A DNA stretch of 64,000 bases from Calditrichia bacterium (GTDB lineage: Bacteria; Calditrichota; Calditrichia; RBG-13-44-9; J075), in the NCBI GenBank assembly GCA_050633245.1, contig JBOEGD010000024.1:96001-160000 (forward strand). Direction: 5' to 3'. The stretch's first letter is position 1, and every line of letters starts with the position of its first letter. Positions 40,801 to 49,825 of this stretch are shown here, one piece after another. A program made the position numbers and the translations under genes. The notes under the pieces were generated by a model, which made no database searches, had not been told where the DNA came from, and saw only the letters and a list, made by a program, of their open reading frames with translations.

Positions 40801-41300
40801 GTATTCTGTTTGGTGGCGTTCCGTGCCTGTATGCCATCTGGCCGGCATCCCGTGGAAGCCGTCCGTATCTGCATGAGTCTTTTGACCTGCAGGTTATTGC
40901 TTCTAACGTGAATACAGATGCTGACGTATTCCGCTTCACTACATCAGCTATTACCTTTAGCGAAGAGACCGCTCGTAGAGATCTCGATCTGGTTAATGTA
41001 TTCCCGAATCCTTATTATGCTTACAATCCGGAAGAAACCTCACGTTTCAACCGTTTCGTAACCTTTACGCACTTGCCGCAAGAAGCTGTTGTTCGCATCT
41101 TTTCGATTGCAGGTACTCAGGTTCGTAAGCTGGATAAAAATGACGATTCACAGTTCCTCCAGTGGGATCTGCGTAATCAGGCTAACCTGCCAGTGGCAAG
41201 TGGCTTCTACGTAGCTCACATTGAACTGCCGAGTCTGAATGCTGAGAAAACAGTCAAGCTGTTTATCGTACAGGGTGACGAAATCCTGGATGCCTTCTAA
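37872..41300 (+). CDS. Large secreted protein with T9SS-like C-terminal domain and Ca-binding-like loops
   Basis: AGGAG RBS; signal peptide; DxNxxG loops; FEGYNIY and YYFAVTAY (Fn3-like); VNVFPNPY...WDLRN...VASGFY. Confidence 0.85.
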   Translation: MLNKYAAIIAGIMLILSGMLFAKGPEGSKSQQYNKGQDVRARTLITVNNWEYWLRNDGQSAHTPDGNSGGIYPGGTASTIYQDGIVWGARVNDNDPSKPEIRVGGQTYNVGTTAGYVVSPGPNPTPSETQPIWRIRSDWRTFFDGADGTGAPVMGIPSVISEASARFQVSPTAVSEDQQTEIIEQYRTDWQTWPTTLGAPFYDVNGNGAYDEGLQEDLNGNGIFDLGETEEPGIANADQIIWYVNHDLDEGTTVSLYGSPPIGLEIRNTIWAYNQPGATLGQLLFKQYTLINKSGFLLDSMYLAQWSDPDVGTFGDDLVGSDSVRSLGFAYSGFLTDSDFDAFGLPPAAGGYDFFQGPLVDGVAGEDRNRNGVDDADDFGIFDLQRVGPGKINLPQLSFGYFAAGSAISDPGPFGDYEATEEWYNLLNGFLPNDFSTPSAPFLVGFGPRRGQATRFPAGGDPVSQTGDIDAFGDNLAPGDRRLSMSAGPFEMQPGDVQQMTVALIGGIVTEVGGNNRNAVAQLKLNDDFAQFVFDNLFQGIPSPPADPVVTAVPFENSIMLDFGSNAEAVTATEAPDALLGFDFEGYNIYQLPTATSTKSQATKVATIDVNNTISSINAAQFVPSFGDIVTVPVQVGTNTGIKRFFVIERDYINGTPLYAGNEYYFAVTAYNAKDTNKDGLVDTDVPEPSLESGINLITVVPQGDKPGERRAVAGSFADIDVSSVASDGAISVQIIDPTALTGDTYAISFFTQTDTTSPNSGADVWQMTNETKGEVVITDQPQLASLVGNDDLPFYDGFQLKVSGPPTGINTTAPGPFGDIPADNNGWNWTNGDRWISGTNWGGVALFGGMHNGTEFFGSTITAGADFDDVELRWAGADQATQPDRWQEAYAYERSNGYALTGIGSVPFTAWNTETGEQLTVAFVEDAGAGSVNSQWDMGWDGSAFPALGGREYIFIMSDPYGTGPSVTDPLYSQTGILFGGVPCLYAIWPASRGSRPYLHESFDLQVIASNVNTDADVFRFTTSAITFSEETARRDLDLVNVFPNPYYAYNPEETSRFNRFVTFTHLPQEAVVRIFSIAGTQVRKLDKNDDSQFLQWDLRNQANLPVASGFYVAHIELPSLNAEKTVKLFIVQGDEILDAF

Positions 41301-41365
41301 GCATGGTTGATTTAAGATTTATCAATCTTTTGGAAGGAAACGTGAGACAAAATAAGGAGTATGTA

Positions 41366-42406
41366 ATGAAACATAAAAGATTAATTGGGACTTTGGCACT
41401 AATCGCCATCACTGTCCTGTTCGGCATAATGCCTGTTCAGGCCGGTGACCCAGCTCGTACAGGTACCGCTGCCGGTGAGCAGCTGCTTGTGCCGGTAGGT
41501 GCACGCGGTTTCGCCATGGGCGGTTCCGACGTTGCGTTTACCAACGGGATCGATGCTCTGTACTGGAACCCGGCTGGATTTGGTAAAATGCAGCGCGACG
41601 CTGTTGGTACCTTCTCCACCATGCAGGTTTTTAACGATATTAACGTTAATTACTTGGCTATTGGTATAAAGGCTGGCAATCTGGGTAATCTCGCTTTTAG
41701 CCTAAAGGCTTTTGATTTTGGCGATATCCCGGTAACCACCAATAATGACCTTGATGGAAGCTCTGGCGCTACATTCTCGCCTACTTACATCACTGGTGCA
41801 CTTACCTTTGCTCGTCAGCTTACCGATGGTATCTCCTTTGGTTTGACTGGTAAGGTGATCTCGGAAAGCGTGCCGCGTGCAAGCGCAAGCGCTGTTGCTT
41901 TCGATATCGGTGTTCAGTATGCTGGTCTTGGTGGCATCAATGGTCTTGCTCTTGGTGTGTCTGTGAAGAACATCGGAACCAATATGCAGTATTCTGGTTC
42001 CGCGTTTACCATTCGCGCAACGGACCAGGGTTCATCCTCTGCTGATTTCCGTAATCGTCCGACGGCAACTCATGAGCTGCCATCTACGATTCAGATCGGT
42101 CTTGGATATGCTTACAATGTAAACGAAGAGAATACCTTGATGCTGAACGGTAACTTCGAAAACCAAAACTTTGGTGACGATCAGTTCCTGCTAGGTGTTG
42201 AGTATTCTTATGACAGCCTGTTTATGCTACGTGGTGGCTATCGTCTGGTCGATAATGTCGATCCTGACAATCAGCTTTACACTTGGACAATGGGTGTTGG
42301 TCTGAACTATGACTTTGGTGGAACCAATCTCATGTTCGACTATGGATTCCGTGATTCTCAGTATTTCGACGGCAACAATCTGTTTCAGTTGACTGTTGGA
42401 TTCTAA
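41366..42406 (+). CDS. PorV/PorQ-family outer-membrane barrel
   Basis: L.VPVGARGFAMG...ALYWNPAG motif; AFDIGVQY, KNIG, LRGGY; C-terminal Phe. Confidence 0.85.
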   Translation: MKHKRLIGTLALIAITVLFGIMPVQAGDPARTGTAAGEQLLVPVGARGFAMGGSDVAFTNGIDALYWNPAGFGKMQRDAVGTFSTMQVFNDINVNYLAIGIKAGNLGNLAFSLKAFDFGDIPVTTNNDLDGSSGATFSPTYITGALTFARQLTDGISFGLTGKVISESVPRASASAVAFDIGVQYAGLGGINGLALGVSVKNIGTNMQYSGSAFTIRATDQGSSSADFRNRPTATHELPSTIQIGLGYAYNVNEENTLMLNGNFENQNFGDDQFLLGVEYSYDSLFMLRGGYRLVDNVDPDNQLYTWTMGVGLNYDFGGTNLMFDYGFRDSQYFDGNNLFQLTVGF

Positions 42407-42426
42407 GGAAGTCCACATATCTTTCC

Positions 42427-42468
42427 AGAAAGGCCGTTCCGATTTTTCGGGACGGCCTTTCTCTTTTT
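42427..42468 (+). terminator. Intrinsic terminator ending the TBDT-cargo-PorV operon
   Basis: AGAAAGGCCGTTCCGA/TCGGGACGGCCTTTCT stem plus T tract. Confidence 0.8.
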
Positions 42469-42651
42469 ATAGAGACGTTTGAAATTTTCCCCAATGTTCG
42501 TACATTCCATTGCGTGGTTACCATAAAAAACCAAAGCCTTCCCTAGTCATTGGGGAATAACCTGTTATATTGCACTTTTTATGAAACATTCTTTCATCTA
42601 AAGGATTAAAGATGCATTGGTATTACGGGTTCACATATTAAAGGAAAATCT

Positions 42652-43998
42652 ATGAGAAGGTTGTTACAAACTATTTGCCTTGTGCTGGTGCTTGTTCCCA
42701 TGATGCTTCAGGCTGCACCGCCCAACGAAAACATTAAAATGTTTTTAGATTATGCTCGCTTTCGCTATGACGAAAACGATACCTACCTGGAAATGTATTA
42801 TATGTTGTACTACCAGGATCGCGCCGCCGCAACCGAAATGGAAGATGTGTGGTTGGGATTCTACTTCACCGATACCGAAGCCGATACCTTACTGTCGAGT
42901 AAAATGATGAAAGTCAATATGGCGGGATCGCCTCTATCCGGAAAGGTAGGACTTATTAAAACGCATATCCCTCCTGGTAGCTATCGAATTAAGATGATGA
43001 AATTTGATGATACCGGAAAGGTTGCTGTCGATTCGGTACTATATGATTTTGCCGCTTCGCCCTTTAAGAGTGAGCGCGTAACGATGAGTGACCTCGAACT
43101 CTGCTCAAACGTGATTGCTAAATCGAAGAACAGTAAGAGCACGTTTTATAAAAACACGATGGAAGTTATACCGAACCCGAGCAAAATCTTTGGCATCAAC
43201 AACCCTTTTGTCAATTACTATATCGAGCTGTACAATATTACTCCTTCCGAATCTCAACCGGAGCTCGGAATTCAAGTTGCCGTGCAGGATAATGATGGAA
43301 AAATCTTTCAACAAAAAAGTTATAGTATGAGCCGTAAGTATGAATCCCGCGTAGAACAAGGTGCTTTTGATATTCGCGGTCTCGAAAGCGGATGGTACAA
43401 TATTTTATATGCTGTTGTTGATTCCGCTGCGGAATACTCGGTCTTTAAGTTTAACAAGTTTTATGTGCTCAGCGAAAACAAAAGCGATCTCCTTGGCCAA
43501 CCACTCGTCTCCTTCGAAAAGAGCCAATACTTTGGTATGCCTTTGGAAGAGGTTGAAGAAAAATTTGAGCAGGTACGATACATTGCGACCAAGGATGAAG
43601 TTGTTGTTTACAAAACGCTAAGTACTGTAGACGAGAAGCGTAAATACGTTTACGACTTTTGGAATCGTCGGGAAAAGTCTTCCCCTGGTTTACAGGCAGA
43701 ATACTATGGTCGAGTCAAGGAAGCCAATCAACAATTTAGTTTTAGCGGCCTTCGCGGCTGGAAAAGCGATATGGGACGTGTTCATATTGTATACGGACCA
43801 CCCAGTCAGCGTGAACGCATACCCAGTGATATGCGAACCAGACCCTACGAGATTTGGTATTACTATGAGATGGAAGGTGGAACCCAGTTTGTTTTTGTAG
43901 ATGTAAACGGATATGATGACTATCGTCTTGTGACTTCTACGGTCCGCGATGAAATTTATGACCCGAACTGGAAAGAAAACTATCTACTTGTAGACTAA
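42652..43998 (+). CDS. GWxTD domain-containing protein
   Basis: Signal peptide; FW..R, EYY.RV..AN..F, GWKSDMGRVHIVYGPP, YEIWYY, FVFVD. Confidence 0.88.
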   Translation: MRRLLQTICLVLVLVPMMLQAAPPNENIKMFLDYARFRYDENDTYLEMYYMLYYQDRAAATEMEDVWLGFYFTDTEADTLLSSKMMKVNMAGSPLSGKVGLIKTHIPPGSYRIKMMKFDDTGKVAVDSVLYDFAASPFKSERVTMSDLELCSNVIAKSKNSKSTFYKNTMEVIPNPSKIFGINNPFVNYYIELYNITPSESQPELGIQVAVQDNDGKIFQQKSYSMSRKYESRVEQGAFDIRGLESGWYNILYAVVDSAAEYSVFKFNKFYVLSENKSDLLGQPLVSFEKSQYFGMPLEEVEEKFEQVRYIATKDEVVVYKTLSTVDEKRKYVYDFWNRREKSSPGLQAEYYGRVKEANQQFSFSGLRGWKSDMGRVHIVYGPPSQRERIPSDMRTRPYEIWYYYEMEGGTQFVFVDVNGYDDYRLVTSTVRDEIYDPNWKENYLLVD

Positions 43999-44008
43999 CG
44001 AATACTTT

Positions 44009-44041
44009 AGCCGCAGTGTATTTTGCTCTGCGGCTTTTTTT
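44009..44041 (+). terminator. Intrinsic terminator
   Basis: AGCCGCAG...CTGCGGCT followed by a T run. Confidence 0.7.
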
Positions 44042-44334
44042 AGATCTGGTGCCTCCATATCATAGAGACCTACAGCCTACCTTTAATCTCTACGATCTTC
44101 CTCAAATAGCTAATTCTAAACCTGCAAAATAGAACCCAAGTAGTGCCGTTGTCAGCTATTTTCGGCAATCTGCGTTCATTTTCCCGTCTATTCTTAAGTT
44201 TTTTAGAAAAAATCTGCAAAAATCCAACTGGATCGAAACCTTTTTTTTTTGTATCGTTAAAATAATATGAACTTAATGCCGTTGGTAGTAAGCATACCTG
44301 GCATAGCCACATTGGTTAAACATAGGAAGATAAA

Positions 44335-46356
44335 ATGACATACCGCCTTGTTTTGCTTTTAATCGGTATCTTTTTAATAAATATCGCGGTCGCAGATGAG
44401 ACCGAGATTCCGGATATTGCGTACTCAGATTTAGCCCCCGAGTTACACCACCGGAAGGTAAGCCGTGAGGTTACAAAACTTCTTACCCGTGCCCATTATA
44501 AAAAGCGTCGTCTTGACGACAAGATTTCTTCGGAAACATTCGATCGCTTTCTTGAAAAACTAGACTATTATCGCCTTTATTTTCACGAGTCCGACGTAGC
44601 AGCTTTTGAAGAGCAGCGTTATTCATTCGATAACTATCTCGGCTCCGGTCAGGTAGAACGCGCATATGAAATCTTTAACCTCTATCAAAAACGCTATGCC
44701 GAACGTTTAGACTATGTCTTTCGTCGCTTGGAGGTCGAGTTTGATTACAATATTGATGAGAGCCTTGAAGTAGATCGATCGGATGCGCCATGGGCAAAAA
44801 ATAGTGTTGAGTTAGATGATGTCTGGCGCAAGCGCTTAAAGCATGCTGCGCTAAATCTAAAGCTGGCGGGTAAAGAGTGGCCGGATATCCAAAAGACGCT
44901 GCGCACTCGCTATATTCGCGCTACGAAAAACCTGCAGCAATATCAAAGTGAAGATGTATTTCAGACGCTTATGAATGCATTCTCAGAGTCGTTTGATCCA
45001 CATACAAACTATTTTTCACCAAAAAACTTTGATGACTTTAAGATTCGTATGAGCCAATCTCTGGAAGGTATTGGTGCCAGATTGTTAAGTGAAAACGAAT
45101 ACACCAAGGTTGTTGAAATTGTTGCCGGTGGTCCTGCAGATAAGAGTGAAGATTTGCATCCAAATGATCGCATTATGGCAGTTGGACAGAATGTCGATGG
45201 CGAACTGGTAGATATTGTTGGCTGGAGAATAGACGATGTTGTACAGCTGATTCGTGGAAAAAAGACAACGATTGTAAGGCTGGTTGTTTTGCGAGCCGAC
45301 GACCCCGATGGCAGTGCACCCGATACAGTCTCGCTGGTTCGCGATCGTGTAAAGCTTGAGGATCAGTCGGTAACCAGTAAGGTGATTGAACTTGAGCATC
45401 TTGGAAAAGTTTTGAAGATTGGTGTGGTGGAAGTTCCGACATTTTATTCCGACTTCGATGCTATTCGTCGTCGTGAACCAGATTATAAGAGCACCACGCG
45501 TGACACCAAGCGCGCCATCGAGGCCTTTAAAAAGGAAAACATCGATGGTGTAGTCATCGACTTACGGCGCAATGGAGGTGGATTCCTGAACGAAGCCGTT
45601 GATCTTACCGGCCTTTTTATTGATCGCGGTCCGGTTGTTCAGGTGAAGAGTACTCAGGGAACGGTCGACGTTGAAAGCGATCGTGATCCCAGCGTTACCT
45701 GGGATGGCCCGCTAGCTGTCATGATCGATCGTCTTAGCGCTTCAGCATCTGAAATTTTTGCAGCAGCTATTCAAGATTACAATCGCGGTTTGATTGTTGG
45801 TAGCCAATCTTTTGGCAAAGGAACAGTTCAGCGCCCGGTAGACCTAAACCGTTTGATGCCAGATTCCGGGAACAAGCTCGGCCAGGTTAAGATGACTATC
45901 GCCAAGTTTTATCGAGTAAACGGTAACAGTACCCAACACATTGGCGTTATGCCCGACATTTCGTTGCCGACAAATCTGGATCCGCAGGAATTTGGTGAGA
46001 GTACTCGTGAGAACGCTCTACTTTACGATAAAATTGACGCGCTACAGTACGCTAAAAATGGTTCGATGGGTGCATTAATAAACCGTCTGGATGAGCAACA
46101 CAATCAGCGAATAGCCAACGATCAGGAATTCAATGAAATGATCGCAGACCTTCAGGAGTTTCGCGACAGTCGTAGTCGCAAGTTGTTGTCTTTGCAAGAG
46201 TCTGTTCGCAAGGCGGAACGACAGAAGGAAAAAGAGGAAGCTGAGGCCGAGAAATCGGAGGAAGATGATGATAAAGATCTTCTCCTAACAGAGACGGCGC
46301 ATATTATCGGAGATTTTATTCTTCTCGAAAAAGAAGGGCTTCAGTCACAAAAGTAG
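44335..46356 (+). CDS. prc: Carboxy-terminal processing protease (tail-specific protease, S41A)
   Basis: DPHTNYF, PDZ GIGA, DLRRNGGG, SASASEIFA, FGKGTVQ, STQHIGV. Confidence 0.93.
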   Translation: MTYRLVLLLIGIFLINIAVADETEIPDIAYSDLAPELHHRKVSREVTKLLTRAHYKKRRLDDKISSETFDRFLEKLDYYRLYFHESDVAAFEEQRYSFDNYLGSGQVERAYEIFNLYQKRYAERLDYVFRRLEVEFDYNIDESLEVDRSDAPWAKNSVELDDVWRKRLKHAALNLKLAGKEWPDIQKTLRTRYIRATKNLQQYQSEDVFQTLMNAFSESFDPHTNYFSPKNFDDFKIRMSQSLEGIGARLLSENEYTKVVEIVAGGPADKSEDLHPNDRIMAVGQNVDGELVDIVGWRIDDVVQLIRGKKTTIVRLVVLRADDPDGSAPDTVSLVRDRVKLEDQSVTSKVIELEHLGKVLKIGVVEVPTFYSDFDAIRRREPDYKSTTRDTKRAIEAFKKENIDGVVIDLRRNGGGFLNEAVDLTGLFIDRGPVVQVKSTQGTVDVESDRDPSVTWDGPLAVMIDRLSASASEIFAAAIQDYNRGLIVGSQSFGKGTVQRPVDLNRLMPDSGNKLGQVKMTIAKFYRVNGNSTQHIGVMPDISLPTNLDPQEFGESTRENALLYDKIDALQYAKNGSMGALINRLDEQHNQRIANDQEFNEMIADLQEFRDSRSRKLLSLQESVRKAERQKEKEEAEAEKSEEDDDKDLLLTETAHIIGDFILLEKEGLQSQK

Positions 46357-46371
46357 TCTATAGGCTGTAAA

Positions 46372-46431
46372 TAAAATCTCCGCTGTATAAAGGTGCTTTT
46401 TTTGAAAACCCTTTATGCAGCGTAGATTTTA
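46372..46431. terminator. Long inverted repeat, probable bidirectional terminator
   Basis: TAAAATCTCCGCTGTATAAAGG...CCTTTATGCAGCGTAGATTTTA between convergent genes. Confidence 0.65.
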
Positions 46432-46450
46432 ATTTATAGATGCCAGCCTT

Positions 46451-46882
46451 TTAGCGGTTGGAAAATTGCTTCAGTTTTTGAACCAGTCTTGTTATAAGTT
46501 GCTTAAACAGCCCTTTAGATACATTCTTCTCTTCTGTTAAAGCCCATTCGGGTGCATTTCCCTGAAATGATTGCTTAATAGCGCGTTCAGTAAGAGCCTC
46601 TGCGGACGTTGTTTTAAGTTTATCCAACTGGTATTGTTGTTCTGCCGTGGCAGGCTTTATTAAGGCGGCTTCGAGATTTATGCCGTCGCTGACCAATTGT
46701 TGGATGCGCTGATCTTTTTTTATTAGATCTAAAACAATACTATCTTCTTCCGGGGTAGTTTCCCAGGATAAGTAGCGTGCAACAAGATTTATGGTGTTTG
46801 GTGAGAGGGGGGCTTGTGGAGGTTGAGGATTGGGCTCGGTTATGCGTCCTGGTTGATTGGAATCGGGATGCTTGTGCTGCAT
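46451..46882 (-). CDS. Hypothetical protein, possible soluble anti-sigma factor
   Basis: GAGGAG RBS; downstream of the ECF gene; LVARYLSWETTPEE resembles anti-sigma N-terminal helices. Confidence 0.5.
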   Translation of the reverse strand: MQHKHPDSNQPGRITEPNPQPPQAPLSPNTINLVARYLSWETTPEEDSIVLDLIKKDQRIQQLVSDGINLEAALIKPATAEQQYQLDKLKTTSAEALTERAIKQSFQGNAPEWALTEEKNVSKGLFKQLITRLVQKLKQFSNR

Positions 46883-47048
46883 ATATGCTCCTCTGAAAAT
46901 AATCGTATGTTTGCATTGTCATCTTTTTGTACCTCGCTTAAACCAATTTCCAAACTCAATTTATGGCAATTCTGCTTATTACAATTGACTGCTGTTAAGA
47001 TCTTTTTATGATCTCTTCTTATACAGAGACTTAAAAGAGGTGAGTTTC

Positions 47049-47729
47049 TTATTCGTTTGCTTCTTTTTCTTGATTTAAACAATCTTGAATGGCATTACTT
47101 GCATCGGTAATTATTCGATATATGCTCTGAAAACTTAGGTCTACATTCGGATGTTTTGCAATTTCTTCAGCATCCATGTCGTTAAAGAACTTCAGTTGAA
47201 GAATTAATGCGTTGCGCTGACGATTTTTCTGTAGCGTACGTAAGTACTGAACAATGCAATGTTTGATGTCCATCTTCAGCATAACGGATTCGATGCTGAT
47301 TAATGCTTCCCGATTCTCGATGACTTCATGCAAATTCAGCATCTCACCGCCGCTGCGCTTTGGCTGATCCATTAACGTGACTTTGTTTTTTGGAATTCGC
47401 TTCTGAGCATCACCATAGCGTAAGCTGCTACTTAATACGCTAAGGGCAATAGTCTTTAGATAAGGCAAAAAGGAATTCTCGTACTGTCCCCGGTAGTCGC
47501 GTAAATATTTCGCATCACGCTCAAGCAGTTTGGTAAATGTCGTTTGCACGAAGTCTGGAATTTGCGGGTAGTCTTCCTGATTGCAGCGCTTAACAAACAG
47601 GTTTTCGACCATTCGCTTATGACGTCGAATGAGTTCTGTAAAGAACAGGTTAAATTGGCGTTCCTGATTGCCATAGCAGGTCAGGAGGCGTGTGATTAAC
47701 TCATTTGTTGACAGTTCTGTTGGGTTCAT
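47049..47729 (-). CDS. ECF-type RNA polymerase sigma factor (divergent)
   Basis: Region-2-like DFVQTTFTKLL...FLPYLKTIA; region-4-like ILQLKFFNDMDAEEIA. Confidence 0.72.
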   Translation of the reverse strand: MNPTELSTNELITRLLTCYGNQERQFNLFFTELIRRHKRMVENLFVKRCNQEDYPQIPDFVQTTFTKLLERDAKYLRDYRGQYENSFLPYLKTIALSVLSSSLRYGDAQKRIPKNKVTLMDQPKRSGGEMLNLHEVIENREALISIESVMLKMDIKHCIVQYLRTLQKNRQRNALILQLKFFNDMDAEEIAKHPNVDLSFQSIYRIITDASNAIQDCLNQEKEANE

Positions 47730-47943
47730 TCTGAGGGCCTGCGATCAGGCAAACGTAATAGGTGCGTGAACCGACCGTGTAACATCTTGAATATGGTTTA
47801 AGAGAATACGGTCGATAGTTTTTAGTAATATCAAACGACGGCATTGATGATATATAGAACAAAATGTAAGGCGTTTTCCGAGAATAAGCAAGGTTACAGA
47901 ACTTCTTCATACTTAGTTACTTAACTTTGAGAAGTGAATTCTG

Positions 47944-47970
47944 TGTAACATTATCAGCTGGAGATCGTAA
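47944..47970 (+). promoter_or_regulatory. Candidate ECF promoter for the DUF2207 gene
   Basis: TGTAAC-N16-CGTAA. Confidence 0.5.
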
Positions 47971-48022
47971 TTTATACAAAGGCGTCCGTGAGACAGGCGC
48001 TCAAATTCTATATGTGAGGATA

Positions 48023-49825
48023 ATGATGAGACAAACGTTTCTTACACTGCTATGCTGTGTTTTACTGCTTCCCGCCACACTATCTGCAAAATCCTATGAA
48101 ATAACCAATGTGCAAATTGACGCACAACTGACCCGTAAGGGAAATATGAAGGTACAGGAGCATCGCACCTTTAACTTTAACGGCCAGTTTAGCTATAGCT
48201 TTCGTAGCTTTCCGAAGGATAGAGTGAACTATACCGAGATTCGCGTAAGCGAGAACGGAGTTGACTTTGTTGAATCGAGCGGTGGTTCACCAAATACCTA
48301 TGAGCTTATCGATCGTGGTCGCCGAATGGAAGTGCGGTGGTACTATGATGCTAATGATGAAGAACGCACCTTTACTATTTCCTACAACGTTCGAAAGCTC
48401 GTGGAAAGAGGAAAGGATGCAGCAGTTCTCTATTACAAGTTCATTGGAAATGATTGGACTGAGCCGCAACAGCATGTCGTTATTTCACTGTCACCACCGG
48501 GGGATCTTGCTAAAGAAGACATCAACGCCTGGCTTCATGGCCCGCTCTGGGGTGAATACCGCATTGAAAAAAATGGTGTTATTAGCGCATGGTGCGATAA
48601 CTATCCGGCCAGGACATTCTTTGAAATTCGTGCTCTTTATCCGCTTGAGAGCTTTCCGAATGCCAGGGAAAATCCACGTTTGGTGCGTAGTCAGATCATG
48701 AATGATGAAGGCGTTTGGGTCGAGCAGGCCAATCAACGTCGTTTAGCAGCAATAGAATCTGAGGAAAATAAAAAGGCGCGGTGGAGATATGGTCTTCCCG
48801 TTGCTCTGATTATCAGTTTTCTCGGAATGGGAGGGCTTTACGGCCTCTATAATCGCTATGGTCGTCGTCCGGTTTTGCCGGAAAGGAAGCCTGAATTTCT
48901 CAGCTCGGCACCTTCCAGTGAACCACCAGCGCTCATCGCGTATCTTCTCGGTAATGAAATGATTTCCGGTACTGCGCTGGTATCAACACTCTTTGATCTT
49001 GCAAATCAAGGCTATCTTGAGATGCATGAGGGTATGAAAACAAAACCAAAGTTTTGGGGTGGAACGAAAGAAGTAAAGACCTATTCCTGGAAGCTGGACC
49101 GTTCCAAGTATCGAGAAGAGCCACCCAAATACGAGTTTGAACGCAGCGCGATTGACTTTCTATTCAGCGATATCTCCGGCGGTAGCGATGAACTGGAAGT
49201 CGATGATCTGAAATCGAAACGCAGTGAGATGATCAAGTTTTTTTCCAAATGGAAAGAGGAGGTTATGAATGAGGGACGTAGACTCGAATGGGTGAACCAG
49301 GAGAGCAAGAAGGGACTGTATTACGGACTTGCATTAGTTGGCCTTTTATCTATTCCCGTAATCGTGGGGATCATCTTCCTGGGACCGTGGGTGATACTTG
49401 CTGCCGGAGTTCTTGTCGTGCTTTTAATATTAGCTTTGTTTATTCCGCATAATACGATTGATGGAATGGTTTTGAAGAATCGTTGGAAAGCGTTTAGCAA
49501 GTATTTGAAAAAAGGACGTTTTAAAGGTGCCGGAGAACCGCGATCTGAGCTTGGCAAATACTTCGTATATGGCTCGGTGCTTGGGTTGACAGAAGACAAT
49601 TTCAAGGAAATTGTGCAGCATTTCTCTGCTGATCACGTGCAGCGGCATGTGCTGTGGTATCACTATTATGATGATGTCGGCTTTTCAGGCGAAGCTTTTA
49701 GCGCTGGCTTTTCTACGATGGTAGCTACGGCATCTTCTTCAATGAGCACGGCAACCGGAAGCGGTGGTGGTGCTTCCGGAGGAGGTGGTGGTGGCGCCGG
49801 TGGTGGCGGTGGTGGTGCCGGCTAG
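48023..49825 (+). CDS. DUF2207 family membrane protein
   Basis: Signal peptide; TL.DLA..GYL, TM helices, W.AF..YL, Gly-rich C-terminus GGGGGAGGGGGGAG. Confidence 0.88.
   Translation: MMRQTFLTLLCCVLLLPATLSAKSYEITNVQIDAQLTRKGNMKVQEHRTFNFNGQFSYSFRSFPKDRVNYTEIRVSENGVDFVESSGGSPNTYELIDRGRRMEVRWYYDANDEERTFTISYNVRKLVERGKDAAVLYYKFIGNDWTEPQQHVVISLSPPGDLAKEDINAWLHGPLWGEYRIEKNGVISAWCDNYPARTFFEIRALYPLESFPNARENPRLVRSQIMNDEGVWVEQANQRRLAAIESEENKKARWRYGLPVALIISFLGMGGLYGLYNRYGRRPVLPERKPEFLSSAPSSEPPALIAYLLGNEMISGTALVSTLFDLANQGYLEMHEGMKTKPKFWGGTKEVKTYSWKLDRSKYREEPPKYEFERSAIDFLFSDISGGSDELEVDDLKSKRSEMIKFFSKWKEEVMNEGRRLEWVNQESKKGLYYGLALVGLLSIPVIVGIIFLGPWVILAAGVLVVLLILALFIPHNTIDGMVLKNRWKAFSKYLKKGRFKGAGEPRSELGKYFVYGSVLGLTEDNFKEIVQHFSADHVQRHVLWYHYYDDVGFSGEAFSAGFSTMVATASSSMSTATGSGGGASGGGGGGAGGGGGGAG

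Noticed and set aside
49762-49822. GGT/GGC-rich low-complexity repeat
   Set aside because: It encodes the normal Gly-rich tail of DUF2207 proteins.
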